Assembly (NCBI GenBank): GCA_951406725.2
Contig: OX597829.1
Coordinates: 49,662,001-49,726,000 of the forward strand
Source of the DNA: Octopus vulgaris
Taxonomy: Eukaryota
Length of the DNA: 64,000 nt
Reading direction: 5' to 3'
Position numbers and translations under genes: made by a program
The notes under the pieces: model-generated
What the model saw: the letters and a program-made list of their open reading frames with translations, nothing else
Databases searched by the model: none
What the model was told of the DNA's origin: nothing
Part shown: positions 13,664 through 27,845 of the stretch, piece after piece
How the letters are laid out: every line of letters begins with the position of its first letter
How positions within the stretch are numbered: the first letter of the stretch is position 1

Positions 13664-14245
13664 CAGTGGTTAGAGTGTCGGGATCACAATAAAAAAATAG
13701 TGAGTTCGATTTCCGGAACAGATAATGAATTGTGTTCTTGAGCAAGACACTTTATTTCACGATGCTCCAGTTTGTTCAGCTGTAGAAATGAGTTATGGCA
13801 TCACTGGTGCCAATGTGTGCCAGCCTTTGCCTTTCCCTTGGATAACATCAATGGCATGGGGAGGAGAGGGCTGGCATGCATTGGCGACTGCTAGTCTTCC
13901 ATAAACAATCTTTCCCAGACTTGTGCCTTTCAGGAGAACTTTCTAGTTTTTTTAACTTAATATATATATATTCCATAAACAATCTTAATATATATATATT
14001 CCATAAACAAGCCGCCCATGCATACCAGCCTCCCCTCTCCATGCCATTGATGTTATCCAGGGGAAAGGCAAAGGCTGACACAGATTGGCACCTGTGATGC
14101 CATAACTCATTTCTACAGCAAAGCAAACTGGAGCAGCGTGAAATAAAGTGTCTTGCTCAAGAACGCAATTCATAATCTGTTCCGGAAATCGAACTCATTA
14201 CTTCATGATTGTGATCCGAACACTCTAACCACTGAGCCATGCGCC
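13664..14245. mobile_element. Tail-to-tail inverted pair of group C SINEs
   Basis: 13664-13890 (+) and about 14008-14234 (-) are reverse complements sharing unusual substitutions (ggaacagatWatgaattg). Confidence 0.88.
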
Positions 14246-14572
14246 TTCTGTAGATAAGGTTAAAATCAAAGAAGTGTCTTCGTGAAGCACATCTGGGTAT
14301 TCTAATATTTTTTTTATTCTCTGACTGAAGATTTTCCCATAAGAAATACTATGTCCCCTGTTACCAAATGAAACATGTGTAATGGTGAATAAATAATACG
14401 GCAAAAAATTTCCAATCTCCATATATATAATTATGTATGTATGTTTGTATGTATGTATGTATGTGTGTATGTATGTATGTATTTATATATATATATATAT
14501 ATAATTATAATAAAGGGTTATTTGCAACAAGTTGCTTAAACCACATACCGAAAATTGATTATATTTCACACT

Positions 14573-14633
<61 letters not shown>

Positions 14634-14948
14634 CTTTTTTTTCTTTTATACGTTTCGGCTCTGAAACTGTGGCCACGCTGAAGCATCTGCAGTGCTCATA
14701 TATGTTGTGTATATGAAGGCGCGTAGTTGAGTCGTTAGGGTATTCGGCTCATGGTTGTAAGGTCATGAGTTCAATTCCCGACAACGTGTTGTCTCCTTGC
14801 GCAAGACACCGTATTTTACGTTATTCCAGTTCACTCAGCTGGCAAAAATGAGTAGTAGTTTTACTTCAAAGGAGCCAACTCTGTCTGATTCTGTGTCACG
14901 CTAAATCTGTCTGAGAACTACATTAAGGGTACATGTGTCTGTGGAATA

Positions 14949-15439
<491 letters not shown>

Positions 15440-15625
15440 CATATATATATATGTATGTATACATGACGGTTTTCTTTCAGTTTCCGTCTATCAAATCCAC
15501 TCACAAGACTTGGGTCGGCCCGAGGCTATAGTAGAAGATGCTCGCCCAAGGTGCCACGCAGTGGGACTGAACCCGGAACCATGTGGTTGGGAAGTAAGCT
15601 ACTTACCACTCCTGCGCCCATATAA

Positions 15626-15692
<67 letters not shown>

Positions 15693-16247
15693 GTATGTAT
15701 TCCGATACACTACCTGAGCGCAAATGATATATAAATCACATTTGTAGATCATTTTACATCAGCAGAATATCTAAAATAAAATCGGCGTGAAAGAAACAAT
15801 GACATCGTTACTATCAAACAGAAATACCTTGTGATGTTTGTTCCGCCCGACTTGATAAGATACCCCCCTCGTTGCTTTCACTACCATAGGTTCAGTGAAG
15901 CTTTGATTGGTTTACTGTGAGCCTGTAACCTTTGGCGCTGTGTAACATAAAACAATGAATGAAATATAACCCGAGCATGCTTACCGATTACTGACCAACC
16001 AAGCATGGCAGAATCACACCAACAAAGACGTGGAATTAATTGAATATGAAAAACATTTAACGGTAGAACGATCTATCATTCGACATTTTCCTTGTAATAA
16101 AAGGTGGAAATAGCTGAAGAAGTAAAATCGAAAGATAGTTTTTAATTTTTTATGAAACTTCAAAAAAAAATAATAATAAATAAAATAAAATGAAATAAAA
16201 ATAAATAAATAAATAAATAAATATTTCAAAGATAAAACTTAACCATA

Positions 16248-16407
16248 GGCACAGGCGTGGTACTGTGGTAGGAAGTTTGCTTTCAAACTACATGGTTCCG
16301 AGTTCAGTCCCGCTGCATGGCAACTTTGGCAATTGATTTCCTCATTAGACCCGGCCCAAACGGAGCCTTGTGAGTGGATTTGATAGTCGGAAGCTGAAAG
16401 AGCCCAG

Positions 16408-16445
<38 letters not shown>

Positions 16446-16600
16446 TCAATGATTGATAACCAAGGTTGGTTTGTATACGATGGAATATATGCCGGGCTTT
16501 TAAAAAATGAGGACAGCAGTCAATTCGTTCGGCTAAAACCAATGAATGTGGTGCCCCAGCATAGCTGTAGTTAAATGACTACAGTTCAAATAAAAGATGA
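16248..16600 (+). mobile_element. Diverged SINE group A
   Basis: ggcacaggcgtggtactgtgg head and ccagcatagctgtagttaaatgac tail. Confidence 0.8.
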
Positions 16601-17039
16601 ATGATAGAAACAAAATGGACCATAATAGACACATTGAAGACAGATGTTAACAGAGCGCCACCTGGATAGAACCGCATATTTATGTAATAGCTGCGAGAGT
16701 CACATTGTAAGGTACTCATCTTATTTAGTGTAACAGCTGTAGAAGTCTCTACTCCTCGAAACTTATTTTATGAAATAAGAAACCCTTAAAACAATGCTAA
16801 ACAACATGCCGAAGAAACATTGAACAAGAGTTACGAAATAAAAAGAAAAATGAATTTCTTTATCTTTAAGGAAATGTACAAAGAAACCTTACAAATGAAA
16901 ACCAGAGAACAAAGATGGAAAAAAGCGGGAAGGCGCAGTGAAACAGTGAAAGATAGAAAAGATTCTACGGTAATACAATTAAAAAAAAGAAAGAGAATCC
17001 ATGAAAAATAATACCCCCTCAGTCAATTTGTCGATATCA

Positions 17040-17280
17040 AGATCCCTGCTGTACTCTTTCACCACAACTTTCTCTCACTCTTACTTCCTGTTTCTGTTGT
17101 ACCTGTATTTCAAAGGGCCAGCCTTGTCACACTCTGTGTCACGCTGAATATCCCCGAGAACTACGTTAAGGGTACACGTGTCTGTGGAGTGCTCAGCCAC
17201 TTGCACGTTAATTCCACGAGCAAGCTGTTCCGTTGATCGTATCAGCTGGGACCCTCATCGTCGTAACCGACGGAGTGCTC
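17040..17280 (+). mobile_element. SINE group D, 3' part
   Basis: Near-identical to the reverse complement of 51650-51890. Confidence 0.88.
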
Positions 17281-17283
17281 CTA

Positions 17284-17895
17284 TACGCTTCGAGGCGCAG
17301 GCGTGAAGTGTTTGGTGAGAAGCTTTGGTTGCTAACCAAGACGTCGTATGTTCAGTCTCACTACGGGGTACCTTGGGGAAAGTGTTTTCCAGCATGGTTC
17401 CGAGCCGAGCAAAGCTTTGCGAGAGAATTTGGTTGACAGATACCGGAAAGTGTCCGTCGTACGTATGTGTGCGAGTGCGTGCGTGTGTGTGTTTGTGTGT
17501 GTGGTGTGTGGTGCGTGTGTGTGTGGTGTGTGCGTAATGTGTGTGTGTGTGTGAGTGAGTGTGGCGTGTGCGTGTATGCGAATGTGTGTTTGAGTGTATG
17601 TTTGTGGTGCGTGTGTGTGTGTGGTGTGCGAGTGTGTGTGTGTGTAAAGTGTATGTGTATGTGTGTGGCATGTGCGTGTGTGGGCGTGTGTGGGCGTGTA
17701 TGTGAATGTGTGTGTGCATGTGCATTACTGAGTGTGTGTGTGTTTGTGTTTATTACCAACTGCCACTTGACATGAGCCATGTACTAAGTTTTAAAATAAC
17801 AAGTGATGGTGTTGATTTGTTTGAATAAATCCTTCGAGGCGGTGCCCCAGAATGGCCACAATCCAATGACTGAAACAAGTTAGATACAAAAGATA
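17284..17895 (+). mobile_element. Diverged SINE group A with expanded internal (GT)n
   Basis: Head at 17290, tail at 17830-17895, degenerate GT tract at 17465-17750. Confidence 0.75.
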
Positions 17896-18580
17896 AAAGA
17901 CTGCAATGTATAAAAACGTCCACAACAACGAAAGCAAGAAAACAATACACACATACACACACACACTTACACACAAGCACACACATACACACACACTTAC
18001 ACACAAACACAAACTTACACACAAACACACATACACAAACACATACACACAAACACACACACAAACACATACACACAAGCACACACATACACACAAACGC
18101 ACAAAACACACACAAACATACACAAACACACAATCACACACGTATACACACCATCACACACACACTCACACACACACAAACACACACATGCAAACATATA
18201 AGCACAAACACACACAAACATGCACACACATACACACACACAGGAACACACGAAAGAAAAACACTCTTCAAATCTGACAATAAATTTTTAAACTGTACAA
18301 CCAAAAATGGCACCAAAAATTCGTCTTTCTGAAACTAAAAGCTCTTACCATTGCATACGACATTCGTGTAGAAACGGCCAATTTTCCAAATTTCCGAACT
18401 GCCTTCTGTTTAGATAAGCCCTATAATAAATCAAACAAAACCCTATAAAAATGGAGTTGGTCTGATAACAAATGTAAAAATTGTGTATCCAAAAATAATG
18501 ATGACCATAAACTAATAAGAGAAGCACATTAAAAATGCAAGTCGGAATAGCATATTGCTATAATATAGTTATAACGAAGG

Positions 18581-18626
<46 letters not shown>

Positions 18627-18703
18627 TATATATATATATGTGTGTGTGTGTATGTATGTATATGTCTATATATATATAAATATATATATATGTATAAGTC
18701 TCT

Positions 18704-18783
<80 letters not shown>

Positions 18784-20042
18784 ATAATTACGATGTGCAC
18801 TCTTCTCCTTTACTATCTCTTCTTTGTGTATCTCTCTCCCTCTCTTGTTCTTCATCCTTTCTGTTTTCACTCCCACCCTTCCCTATTGTTTTCCTCTCCC
18901 CTTCACCGTTCCCTCTCTCTCACTCCTCCTCCTCGACTCTCTCGTCGCTGACACGTGATTAGAGAGAAGCCATCATTTCGACTACTATCTTCACAAAGAC
19001 TAAACGGGCTTATCCTGTCTCTTCATAAGCTCGTCTCCTTAAGCGTTCAGAATAATTTTTCCATCGTCTTGGCTTAACAGCCCTCATCGTTTGCTTTTAC
19101 AGTTTTGTTCTTCTTGTTCTGTCTTTTACTGTTTTTTACTTGTATTGTTTTTACTGCCTTGTTTTGTTCTTACTGTCCTGTTCTTGTTAACACTCTTACC
19201 CCCCCACACACACACACACAAAAAGTCCCAAATTTTATTTAATTTGCTTTGCGGGAAGGACTGTTTCAACAAAGTCGCATCTTGTTCGTACCTTCGAAAC
19301 TCGGAGTAGATGAAACAGGGACAACTGTAAATAGAATAAATAGAATGTTATTTATATATATGTAGGTTAGAACAATATGAATTTATAACAATCAGTAAGT
19401 TGTCATTATAGTACTCAGAGTTTCAATGCTGGAGCAAAGAGCTACGATGCATTCTCCACTACTATTAATAGCAATAGATGCTATGAAAAACCGTCGAATA
19501 AAAGGGATGTTTATTTAACAGGTACAAAAAGAAAACGATAAAAGATAAAAAATACACTCAACCATATTCTCACAATACATAAACATAAACCTCCTGCGTT
19601 CATAGCGTCTACATACGTACATACTCACACAAACATGTATACGTACATGAACATAAATATACAGACATATATGTGTATATACGAACTCATATATATAGAG
19701 ATAACCACGCACACGCATAATAGTATATATATATATATGCGTGTGTGTGTATATATATATATATGTGGCCGCAATCCATCCTCATATACACGTAGGTGTT
19801 TTCATGCATACACGTAGCATAATGATATGATATTTATACATTTATACATATATATATATATGTACATATATATAGGCATACATTCACACTCCCGCATACA
19901 CGTATATATATATATATATACATACATACATACATGCATACATACTTACATACATATACATATATATATATATAAATATGCATCCTCCCATCACAGACCT
20001 ACACCCGCACATATACAACCATATACATATCCGTATAAACAG

Positions 20043-20075
<33 letters not shown>

Positions 20076-20127
20076 CACACACGTATATAGACGGTCATGG
20101 GTCAGTTTATATCAATTTATACATGTA

Positions 20128-20951
20128 CAGCATTTCCCCAGTATTCGCAGGGGTTGCGTTCCTAGAGCACTCACGAACAGTGAAAAACCGCGAATATTGG
20201 ACGCGGTTCATAAAAATTTCTCTATATCTCAAAATATAACGTAATAGATGTATATATATAATACTTAATAATAATTTGTTAAAAAATAAAGTAAAATATA
20301 CTGTTACCAATAATGAATGATATTGATTTAAGGCGATGATGATGAAAATAATGAAGGTAATGACTGCACAGTAAAAAAGATTTAAAGCTCTTCAGTTGAC
20401 GCCTCTTCAGGTTTTTTAGGGGGATGTCGTATCTTTGTGCAAGGCTTTCTTGACGGGCTTCAGGAGCATTGTGATGGGAAGTTGCTGTCGCTGCTTCTTC
20501 ATGGTGGTGAGGAGAGTCGAATATATCCGCATGGCAGCATCGATGGCATTCTTAAATTGGAGAGACAGAAACCATATAGGGATCCCATGCTTCCGCCTTG
20601 CCTTGCAATTTCCTTTGCTGTCCTTAAAAGGTCGGACAGACGTTCGATTGCTAGGCTCACCTCATCCTCCTCTTCTTCTGAAGCTGGCGCTTCCTCATCT
20701 TCTTCGCTTCCAGAGTTCGTTAACTCCAACAAATCTTCGTCTGTCAGGGTTTCAGAGTGGACATCGATGAGGTCGTTAAACTCATTTTGTGTGATGTCAT
20801 CAAAACCTTCGCCACCAAGTATCTTTACCAGTTTCACCGCATTGTTGACAGCTTTGTGCTGAATATCTTCAGGTGAGAAGCCCTCGTAGTCCTGGACACA
20901 CTTTGGCCACACTTTGTTGCAGCATGCAATGAAGGTTTCTTTTCTAATATC
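20128..20951 (-). mobile_element. Tigger/pogo-type DNA transposon, 3' end
   Basis: TA then TIR-like cagcatttccccagtattcgcaggggttgcgttcc. Minus strand gives a Tigger-like C-terminus (CNKVWPKCVQDYEGFS...GGEGFDDIT...LTDEDLLEL). Confidence 0.85.
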
Positions 20952-21122
20952 TTTGAGCTCTAAGAGTTTTTTACTCCTATTTCTAGCAATATAGGTGCTA
21001 CTCGGCGCTCTCAGTGCGATCGTGAATTTACTCGTCCGAATCCATTGCATCCACAAGGTGTTGGAGAGAGTTCCGAGTGTAAATTGCCTTGAGGGAACAG
21101 ATCACGCCTGAATTGAAGATAG

Positions 21123-21194
<72 letters not shown>

Positions 21195-21874
21195 TGTTTG
21201 TGTTTCATTCTCACAGAACCATCGGAGCGCGAAGCGCTCCTCATGGACGCAAGTTCGTGAGATAGTTGTTATCTGTAAACTGTTTTGAGCAGCAACAGGA
21301 AAAAGAAGAATGAACGTGACATGCGATGTGTATGTACATACTGAATTCATATAACGGAAGACAAGAATAAAAACGCAATGCGCATGTCAAAATAAACCGG
21401 AAAAGAAGAAGAAAAACATAATGTCAAACAAGTTATATGATGGTCTGCATGTCACGTCTGACACCGCTACCACGGTGTCAGTCGTGTTTTTTCACCAAAT
21501 TATCAACCTCGGAAAGGTGAAAGATGAAGTTGTCTACGTGAAGATTTGAACTCAAGGCAGCGCTGTTCACATACTTAACATTAGAATAAAAAAAAAATAG
21601 CCAAAACTGTAGTGTACAGGAGACAAATTTAACCTCTCTTGCTACTTGTGATAAATATTATTGGCAGTCAACTAGAAATAGCATACGGACGTGTTTACAG
21701 TCACATCTATGAATTCATTTGCTTCCTGTACATCTCGAACAATCGTGTCAACGTGCGCAGAGATTTGTGTAGGAGTTTGGTAATAATTTATAGTAAGATT
21801 TCAATCTGAAATAACCCTCGCATCAGAGAAACCTTAATATATTGTGCATACGTTCGAATCGATATTATAACACG

Positions 21875-21910
21875 AATGTATGTATGAATGCATATACATA
21901 TATACATATG

Positions 21911-21969
<59 letters not shown>

Positions 21970-22442
21970 TGCATATGTGTATGTTTGTATGTATGTATGT
22001 ATGTATGTATGTATGTATGTATGTATGTATGTATGTATGCACGTATGTGTCTATATGTGCATGTATGTATGTATGTATGTTTGTATGTAAGTATGTATGT
22101 ATGTATGTATGTGTCTATGTGTGCATGTATGTATGTATGTATATATGTGTATGTTTGCATGTATGTATATATGTATGTATGTATGTATGTTGTATTTATG
22201 TATGTATGTACGTATGTATGTTTGCCTGTATGTATGTACATATGCATGCAGGCATGTATGTATGTATGTATGTATGTATGTATGTATGTATGTATGTATG
22301 ATTGCATGAATGTATGTACATATGCATGTATGTATGTATTTATGTATGAAAAAATATTTTTACATGCATATCTATAGATATATATATGTGTGTATGTGTT
22401 TATGTATATATGCATATGTGTATGTATGTGTGCGTATTTAAG

Positions 22443-22485
<43 letters not shown>

Positions 22486-22612
22486 TTACAGTCTCTTTGT
22501 TTATCTTTTTTCCTATTTTTCTTGAAATCTTTTCCTTTTTATATTTTTTGTTTTCTACGTGTTTGTCATTCTTGCAATTTACCTGGCAATGTGATTCTCA
22601 TTTATCTCACTG

Positions 22613-22666
<54 letters not shown>

Positions 22667-22667
22667 A

Positions 22668-22702
<35 letters not shown>

Positions 22703-22744
22703 CTTTCCTCTCTCTCTCTCTTTCTCTCTTTCCATTTCTCTCCC

Positions 22745-22792
<48 letters not shown>

Positions 22793-22798
22793 CGTATG

Positions 22799-22830
<32 letters not shown>

Positions 22831-22942
22831 CATACATATATATATGTATATATATATATATATGTATGTATGTATGTATGTATATATATATATATAGGGT
22901 GAAAGAAGAGACATGGAGAAAGAGAGAAAATTATATATATAA

Positions 22943-22999
<57 letters not shown>

Positions 23000-23036
23000 C
23001 AGCAGCAGCAGCAGCAGTAGCAGCAGCAGCAGCAGC
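21875..23036. repeat. Compound (TA)/(TATG)/(GT)/(CT)/(TAG)/(CAG) microsatellite block
   Basis: Direct inspection. Confidence 0.9.
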
Positions 23037-23280
23037 TCAGGTATCTTTTGTCACAAAGCTAAGGTGGACTACAAATGAAATAAACCAATTCAGCACGTTT
23101 AAAAGAGTTGTTTGTTTATTTCATATTTCTAAGTTTGATTAAACTTTGCACGAGTCTTTATTGTTGTTCACTAGACAGCAATGATACAGCCAGGAATCGA
23201 CAGCTTTTTTCTTTATATGTAAGTAAAAGATGGAGTTGAAAACTATTCATTTGAAGGGGATATATATATATATATATATA

Positions 23281-23691
23281 CAGGAGTGGCTGTGTGGTAA
23301 GTAACTTGCCTACCAACCACATGGTTCCGGGTTCAGTCCCACTGCGTGGCATCTTGGGCAAGTGTCTTCTGCTATAGCCCCGGGCCGACCAATGCCTTGT
23401 GAGTGGATTTGGTAGACGGAAACTGAAAGAAGCCGGTCGTATGTATGTATGTATGTATGTGTGTGTGTGTATATATGTTTTTGTGTGTGTTTGTCCCCCT
23501 AGCATTGCTGGACAACCGATGCTGGTGTGTTTACGTCCCCGTAACCTAGCGGTTCGGCAAAAGAGACCGATAGAATAAGTACTGGGCTTACAAAGAATAA
23601 GTCCCGGGGTCGATTTGCTCGACTAAAGGCGATGCTCCAGCATGGCCGCAGTCAAATGACTGAAACAAGTAAAAGAGTAAAAGAGTAAAGA

Positions 23692-23692
<1 letters not shown>
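23281..23692 (+). mobile_element. SINE group A, full length
   Basis: Family consensus match. Confidence 0.93.
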
Positions 23693-23742
<50 letters not shown>

Positions 23743-23745
23743 GTG

Positions 23746-24050
23746 TCATCATCATCATCATCATCATCGTTTAACGTCTGTTTTCCATGCTAGCATGGAT
23801 TGGACAATTTGACTGAGGACTGGCGAACCAGATGGCTGCACTAGGCTCCAATCTTGATCTGGCAGAGTTTCTACAGCTGGATGCCCTTCCTAACGCCAAC
23901 CACTCCGAGAGTTTAGTGGGTGCTTTTTCGTGCCACTGACACGGGACCCAGTCAGGCGGTGCTGGCAATGACCTTGCTCGAATGTCTTTTCACGTGCCAC
24001 AGGCACAAGTGTCAGTAAGGCGACGCTGGTAATGATCACGCTCGAATGGT
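23746..24050 (-). mobile_element. 3' part of an RTE-related SINE with (TGA)n tail
   Basis: Minus strand ggttggcgttaggaagggcatccagctgtagaaa motif, typical of RTE-associated elements; ends gacgttaaacgatgatgatg. Confidence 0.7.
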
Positions 24051-24053
24051 ACC

Positions 24054-24929
24054 TTGATCAATAAGTATCTGGACTGATGCCATAGTAACGAAGCTAAAGT
24101 ATGCAGAGTAATACCGCTTGGCAAATATTGACCTTGAAATCTGCTGTGCATTCGTATTGAGTTTTGACGTTCTAGCTCATTTCCGCTGTTTACAGCAGTG
24201 CTTGGAAGGAAGGTGTGTAGCGTGTGATAGTTGCTTTGACCATGACAGAGGAAGTTGATCAGAGAATCTGCATCAAATTTTGCCAAAAGCTTGGCGATAC
24301 CTGCTCAGACGCCTAAGCAAAGTTTTTATCGTTCTCGACACAGTGAAAGAGATCTTGTACAATTGAAACCAGAGTGTCTTTTTGGTCAGTTGAAAGCGGT
24401 TTTTTGGGGGGACAAACTTAGCAGACACACACTCCATACCCAAATTTTCAGTGATAATGGAGTGAACTGAACCGTAGCCAATTTGCACATCCTCTGATAA
24501 GTCACGGATGGTGATTCGACGATTTCCCCTCACAGCTGCACTCACATCTGCGATATATTTCTCAGTTCTACTGGTTGCGGATTTTCCAAACTGTTCGTTA
24601 CTATCGACAATTTTTCGGCCATCTTAGAAACGTCTGAACCACTCGTGCATTTATGTGTGGCTTATATACTCCTCTCTATATACTTTGTGCATCTTTGCAT
24701 AGGCCTGTGAGCATGTATCACCATGACAACTTTCTTTCTCATGGTCAATGCGATGATCACACCCTACACACCTTCCTTCCAAGCACAGCTGTAAACAGCA
24801 GAAGTGAGTTAAAACTTAGCCCACATGCACAGCAGAGTTCAAGCTCAATCTGTGCTAAACGGATTTAGCTGTGTGCTTTAGCTTCGTTACTATGGCAACA
24901 GTCCGGATAGTTATTGATCAAACCTCATA
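24054..24929 (-). mobile_element. Non-autonomous mariner derivative made of two 5' ends (copy 2)
   Basis: Same TIRs and same internal inversion junction as 1599-2419, in opposite orientation. Confidence 0.85.
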
Positions 24930-25293
24930 TAGCTTGCTAACCAACCACATGGTTCCGGGTTCAGTCCCACTGCGTGGCATCTTGGGCAAGTGTCTTCTGC
25001 TATAGCCCCGGGCCGACCAAAACCTTGTGAGTGGATTTGGTACACGGAAACTGAAAAAAGCCTGTCATATATATGTATATATGTGTATGTGTCTGTGTTT
25101 GTCCCCCTAGCATTGCTTGACAACTGATGCTGGTGTGTTTACGTCCCTGTCACTTAGCGGTTCGTCAAAAGAGACCGATAGAATAAGTACTGGGCTTACA
25201 AAGAATAAGTCCCGGGGTCGAGTTGCTCGATTAAAGGCGGTGCTCCAGCATGGCAGCAGTCAAATGACTGAAACAAGTAAAAGAGTAAAAGAG
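24930..25293 (+). mobile_element. SINE group A, 5'-truncated
   Basis: Family consensus match. Confidence 0.9.
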
Positions 25294-25344
25294 TATGTAT
25301 GTATGTTTGCATGTATGCATGTATGTGTTTATGTATGTGTGTTT

Positions 25345-25614
25345 TTTGAGCTCTAAGAGTTTTTTTACTCTTATTTCTAGCAATATAGGTGCTTACTCGG
25401 CGCTCTCAGTCACAACTGTTGACAATTGAATGTTTTTTTTTGTTTTATATTGCGTGTGGCTGCCTTCGTTATTCTATAATTTTCACATTACCATTTTGCT
25501 GAACCAGTTATAGATTCACATGGTAAATATACATTCTGATATTTGACATTTAGCCAGACCATCCACCGACGGAGTAGTCACTACCGATGAGCTTGTAATT
25601 TTGAAGTGTTACTA
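25345..25614 (+). repeat. Left part of a hammerhead-bearing ~330-bp direct-repeat unit (continues at 28232-28408)
   Basis: 25375-25465 recurs, diverged, at 28325-28408. Degenerate hammerhead 5' half tcacta-CCGATGA-gctt..aagt-GTTAC-ta at 25578-25614. Confidence 0.55.
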
Positions 25615-25655
25615 GGCGTAGGAGTGAGTGACTGTCTGGTAAGTAGCTTGGTTAC

Positions 25656-27845
25656 AGGTTGCTTCTGCGCATGTGCGAGTCAGTGTTGTGTTTGGCACTG
25701 AAGCGGTGAAGACGTGCTTTTGAAGCCGTCTTGAATTGAACATTTTTAAAGCCCCATTGTAAGGTAAGATTCTGTTTTCTGGGTCCAGTGGGAATTTTTG
25801 TTGAAAATTGTTTTTTACAGGCAGGAAGTCCTACTGGATTCAGAATTCTGATTCTGCCGACATGGGGCAAATATATTTTTCTCGCTGAATTGTGAGAATT
25901 TTGGGGGGCGTATTCGTCTTCGATAATTGAGTGAATATTTTTCTCACCTAATTATGAGAATTGTATTGTGCTGTGAAGAACTTTAAGAATTGTGAGAACT
26001 GTTATATAGGGGAGTGTTTTGCCTCCGAAGTTTGAACAATTTTTACCAATTTTACACCAATTTTTGTGGAAGTTGTGTTCCAGTTGCGGTGTTCCGGGTT
26101 CAATTTAGGCCGGGAGTACCGAATGGCCAGAAGATTTTTTGCTGTGTTATTGACTTTCTTTTGAACTTTATTTGACTTTCTCCTTTTTTGTTTCTTCTGA
26201 TTTCTTTTTCTTCTCGCCTTTTAAGTTTTATTTTGAATATATTTAAAAAAAAGAAAAAAAAAACATTGCAATGAAAAATGACAAAATTTTGGAATGGGAG
26301 ATCATACCGCCTAAAAAGTGGTTAAAAGACCGTGAAGATAGGACGGTGGTGTTGAGAACCTACTCCAAGACGGCAATTGAAAAGGAGTTGGCAGAGTATT
26401 TGCCAACAATTAAATTTTTTTCCAGGGGTGTCAAATATGCAACGGTGTGGTTGCTATTTGCTTGCAAATTTGCTAGTAAACCCCTGGAGGGTAAGGAAAT
26501 TTTATTCCTGCCCACGTACCAAAAAAAGAGACTGACGAAAGCTTGGATTTGCTGGCTGCCACCCGGGATAGAACCCGAGTGGATAGAGGAGACTATCCGC
26601 CGGGGTCTGGGTAGCAGCGAAACTAAGCTCCTTAATGTGAAAGTTCTTCCTGCGGCTGCTTGGGTTGGGTCAAAAGCAATTTTGACCCTTTGGACCCAAT
26701 CAGCCAATCTGGTTCTTCCAGATGTTTTGAAAATGGCCGGGTGCAGGTACCCGGAGATGCTTGAGGGTCGCCCCCTAAGTGTCATCGGTGCTTGGAGTCC
26801 GGACATATAAAGAAGAACTGTCCCCGGGAACAAAATAGGATCCCGGAACAGTTAAGTGAAACCCCTGTAGAAGAGGAAATGATAACGGCCGTGGAAGCAG
26901 AGGACTCCTCAAACAAAGGCCGAAAGAGGAAGGTGAGCAACAATGGGTGCTCACCAAAGGATACTAGGGATGAGGAGGGAAAGGCGAATCTTCCGGCTAC
27001 GGAGGAGACGCACCCTCCCTCAGTTGAAAAGAAAGAAAAGAAAAAGAGGAAGAGAAACGGGACATTACCGGCAGTCGGTGACATAGTACCGGAATGTCCC
27101 GGAACTACGTCGGTTGGGGTTGTGCCACCGACAGGAGAAGAAACACCGTTGGCGGGAACTGTGCCGCCAACGAAAGAATTGAATATCCCGCACCCGAGCA
27201 AAAACGATGTATTGATCCTCTTCCATAGAGGCGGAGAGATTGAAAAGGTGATGGAAAAGCACCATAAGGGAGCACCTTCAGCCTTCACACAGGACCCCGA
27301 ATGGCCTCCGCAGGTAGCTGTGGAGGCCGTGGCGTTCGACGTGACGCTTGGGCTGAAGGAGCTCAATGAGCATTATAGCTTGGTCCCGGGCGACGCTAAC
27401 TCGGAACTCGATTACATTCTGAGGGAGGCGTGGTGGATGGTGGAGGATGCGGGCACAAGTTATTTTGAGGACGAGTCATAAATTGTGATACGACTTGAGG
27501 GGCCCCGACCTAGAGCTGGCGCATTCCTAAGGGAAGTGTAAGCCAGGTCTGGGAGGAGGGGCTTTGTGTTTTGTATTTATATTTATTGAACTATGTTGTT
27601 GTTAGTAATGGACGGTTAAGTCCAAAAATTGAAAAGTTGTAAAAATTGTAAGAGGTTTAATACCTCGTTTTGTGTTTGTTTTTAAAAGAACAATGTTTTA
27701 GAGAAGCAGAAGTCGGCGGGCGCTTTTTGTCTTCTCCCATCCCCATCATCCTTCTTTCATTATCATTCATTTCATTAATGTCCTCGTCCAGCCCGCAAAG
27801 CTAACTTACTCTATGTACTGCCTTAATGGCAAATGTTATGAAATA
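25656..27845 (+). mobile_element. ORF1-only non-LTR retroelement (HAL1-like) nested in a group A SINE
   Basis: 15-bp TSD aagtagcttg(g/c)ttac at 25641-25655 and 27846-27860; tcagt initiator-like motif near the 5' end; single ORF; ends at aataaa. Confidence 0.8.
26271..27481 (+). pseudogene. L1/Tx1-like ORF1 (gag-like CCHC zinc-knuckle protein), one frameshift
   Basis: Adding one C to the C run at 26771-26775 joins the 179 aa and 229 aa ORFs into ~403 aa with EGRPPK-CHRC-LESG-H-IKKN-C (CX2CX4HX4C). Confidence 0.8.

Noticed and set aside
26771-26780. Programmed -1 frameshift in ORF1
   Set aside because: No X XXY YYZ slippery heptamer is evident; a single-base loss in a C run (mutation or sequencing error) is simpler.
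26360-27366. Two long minus-strand ORFs (157 and 194 aa)
   Set aside because: Antisense shadows of the GC-richer ORF1 region.
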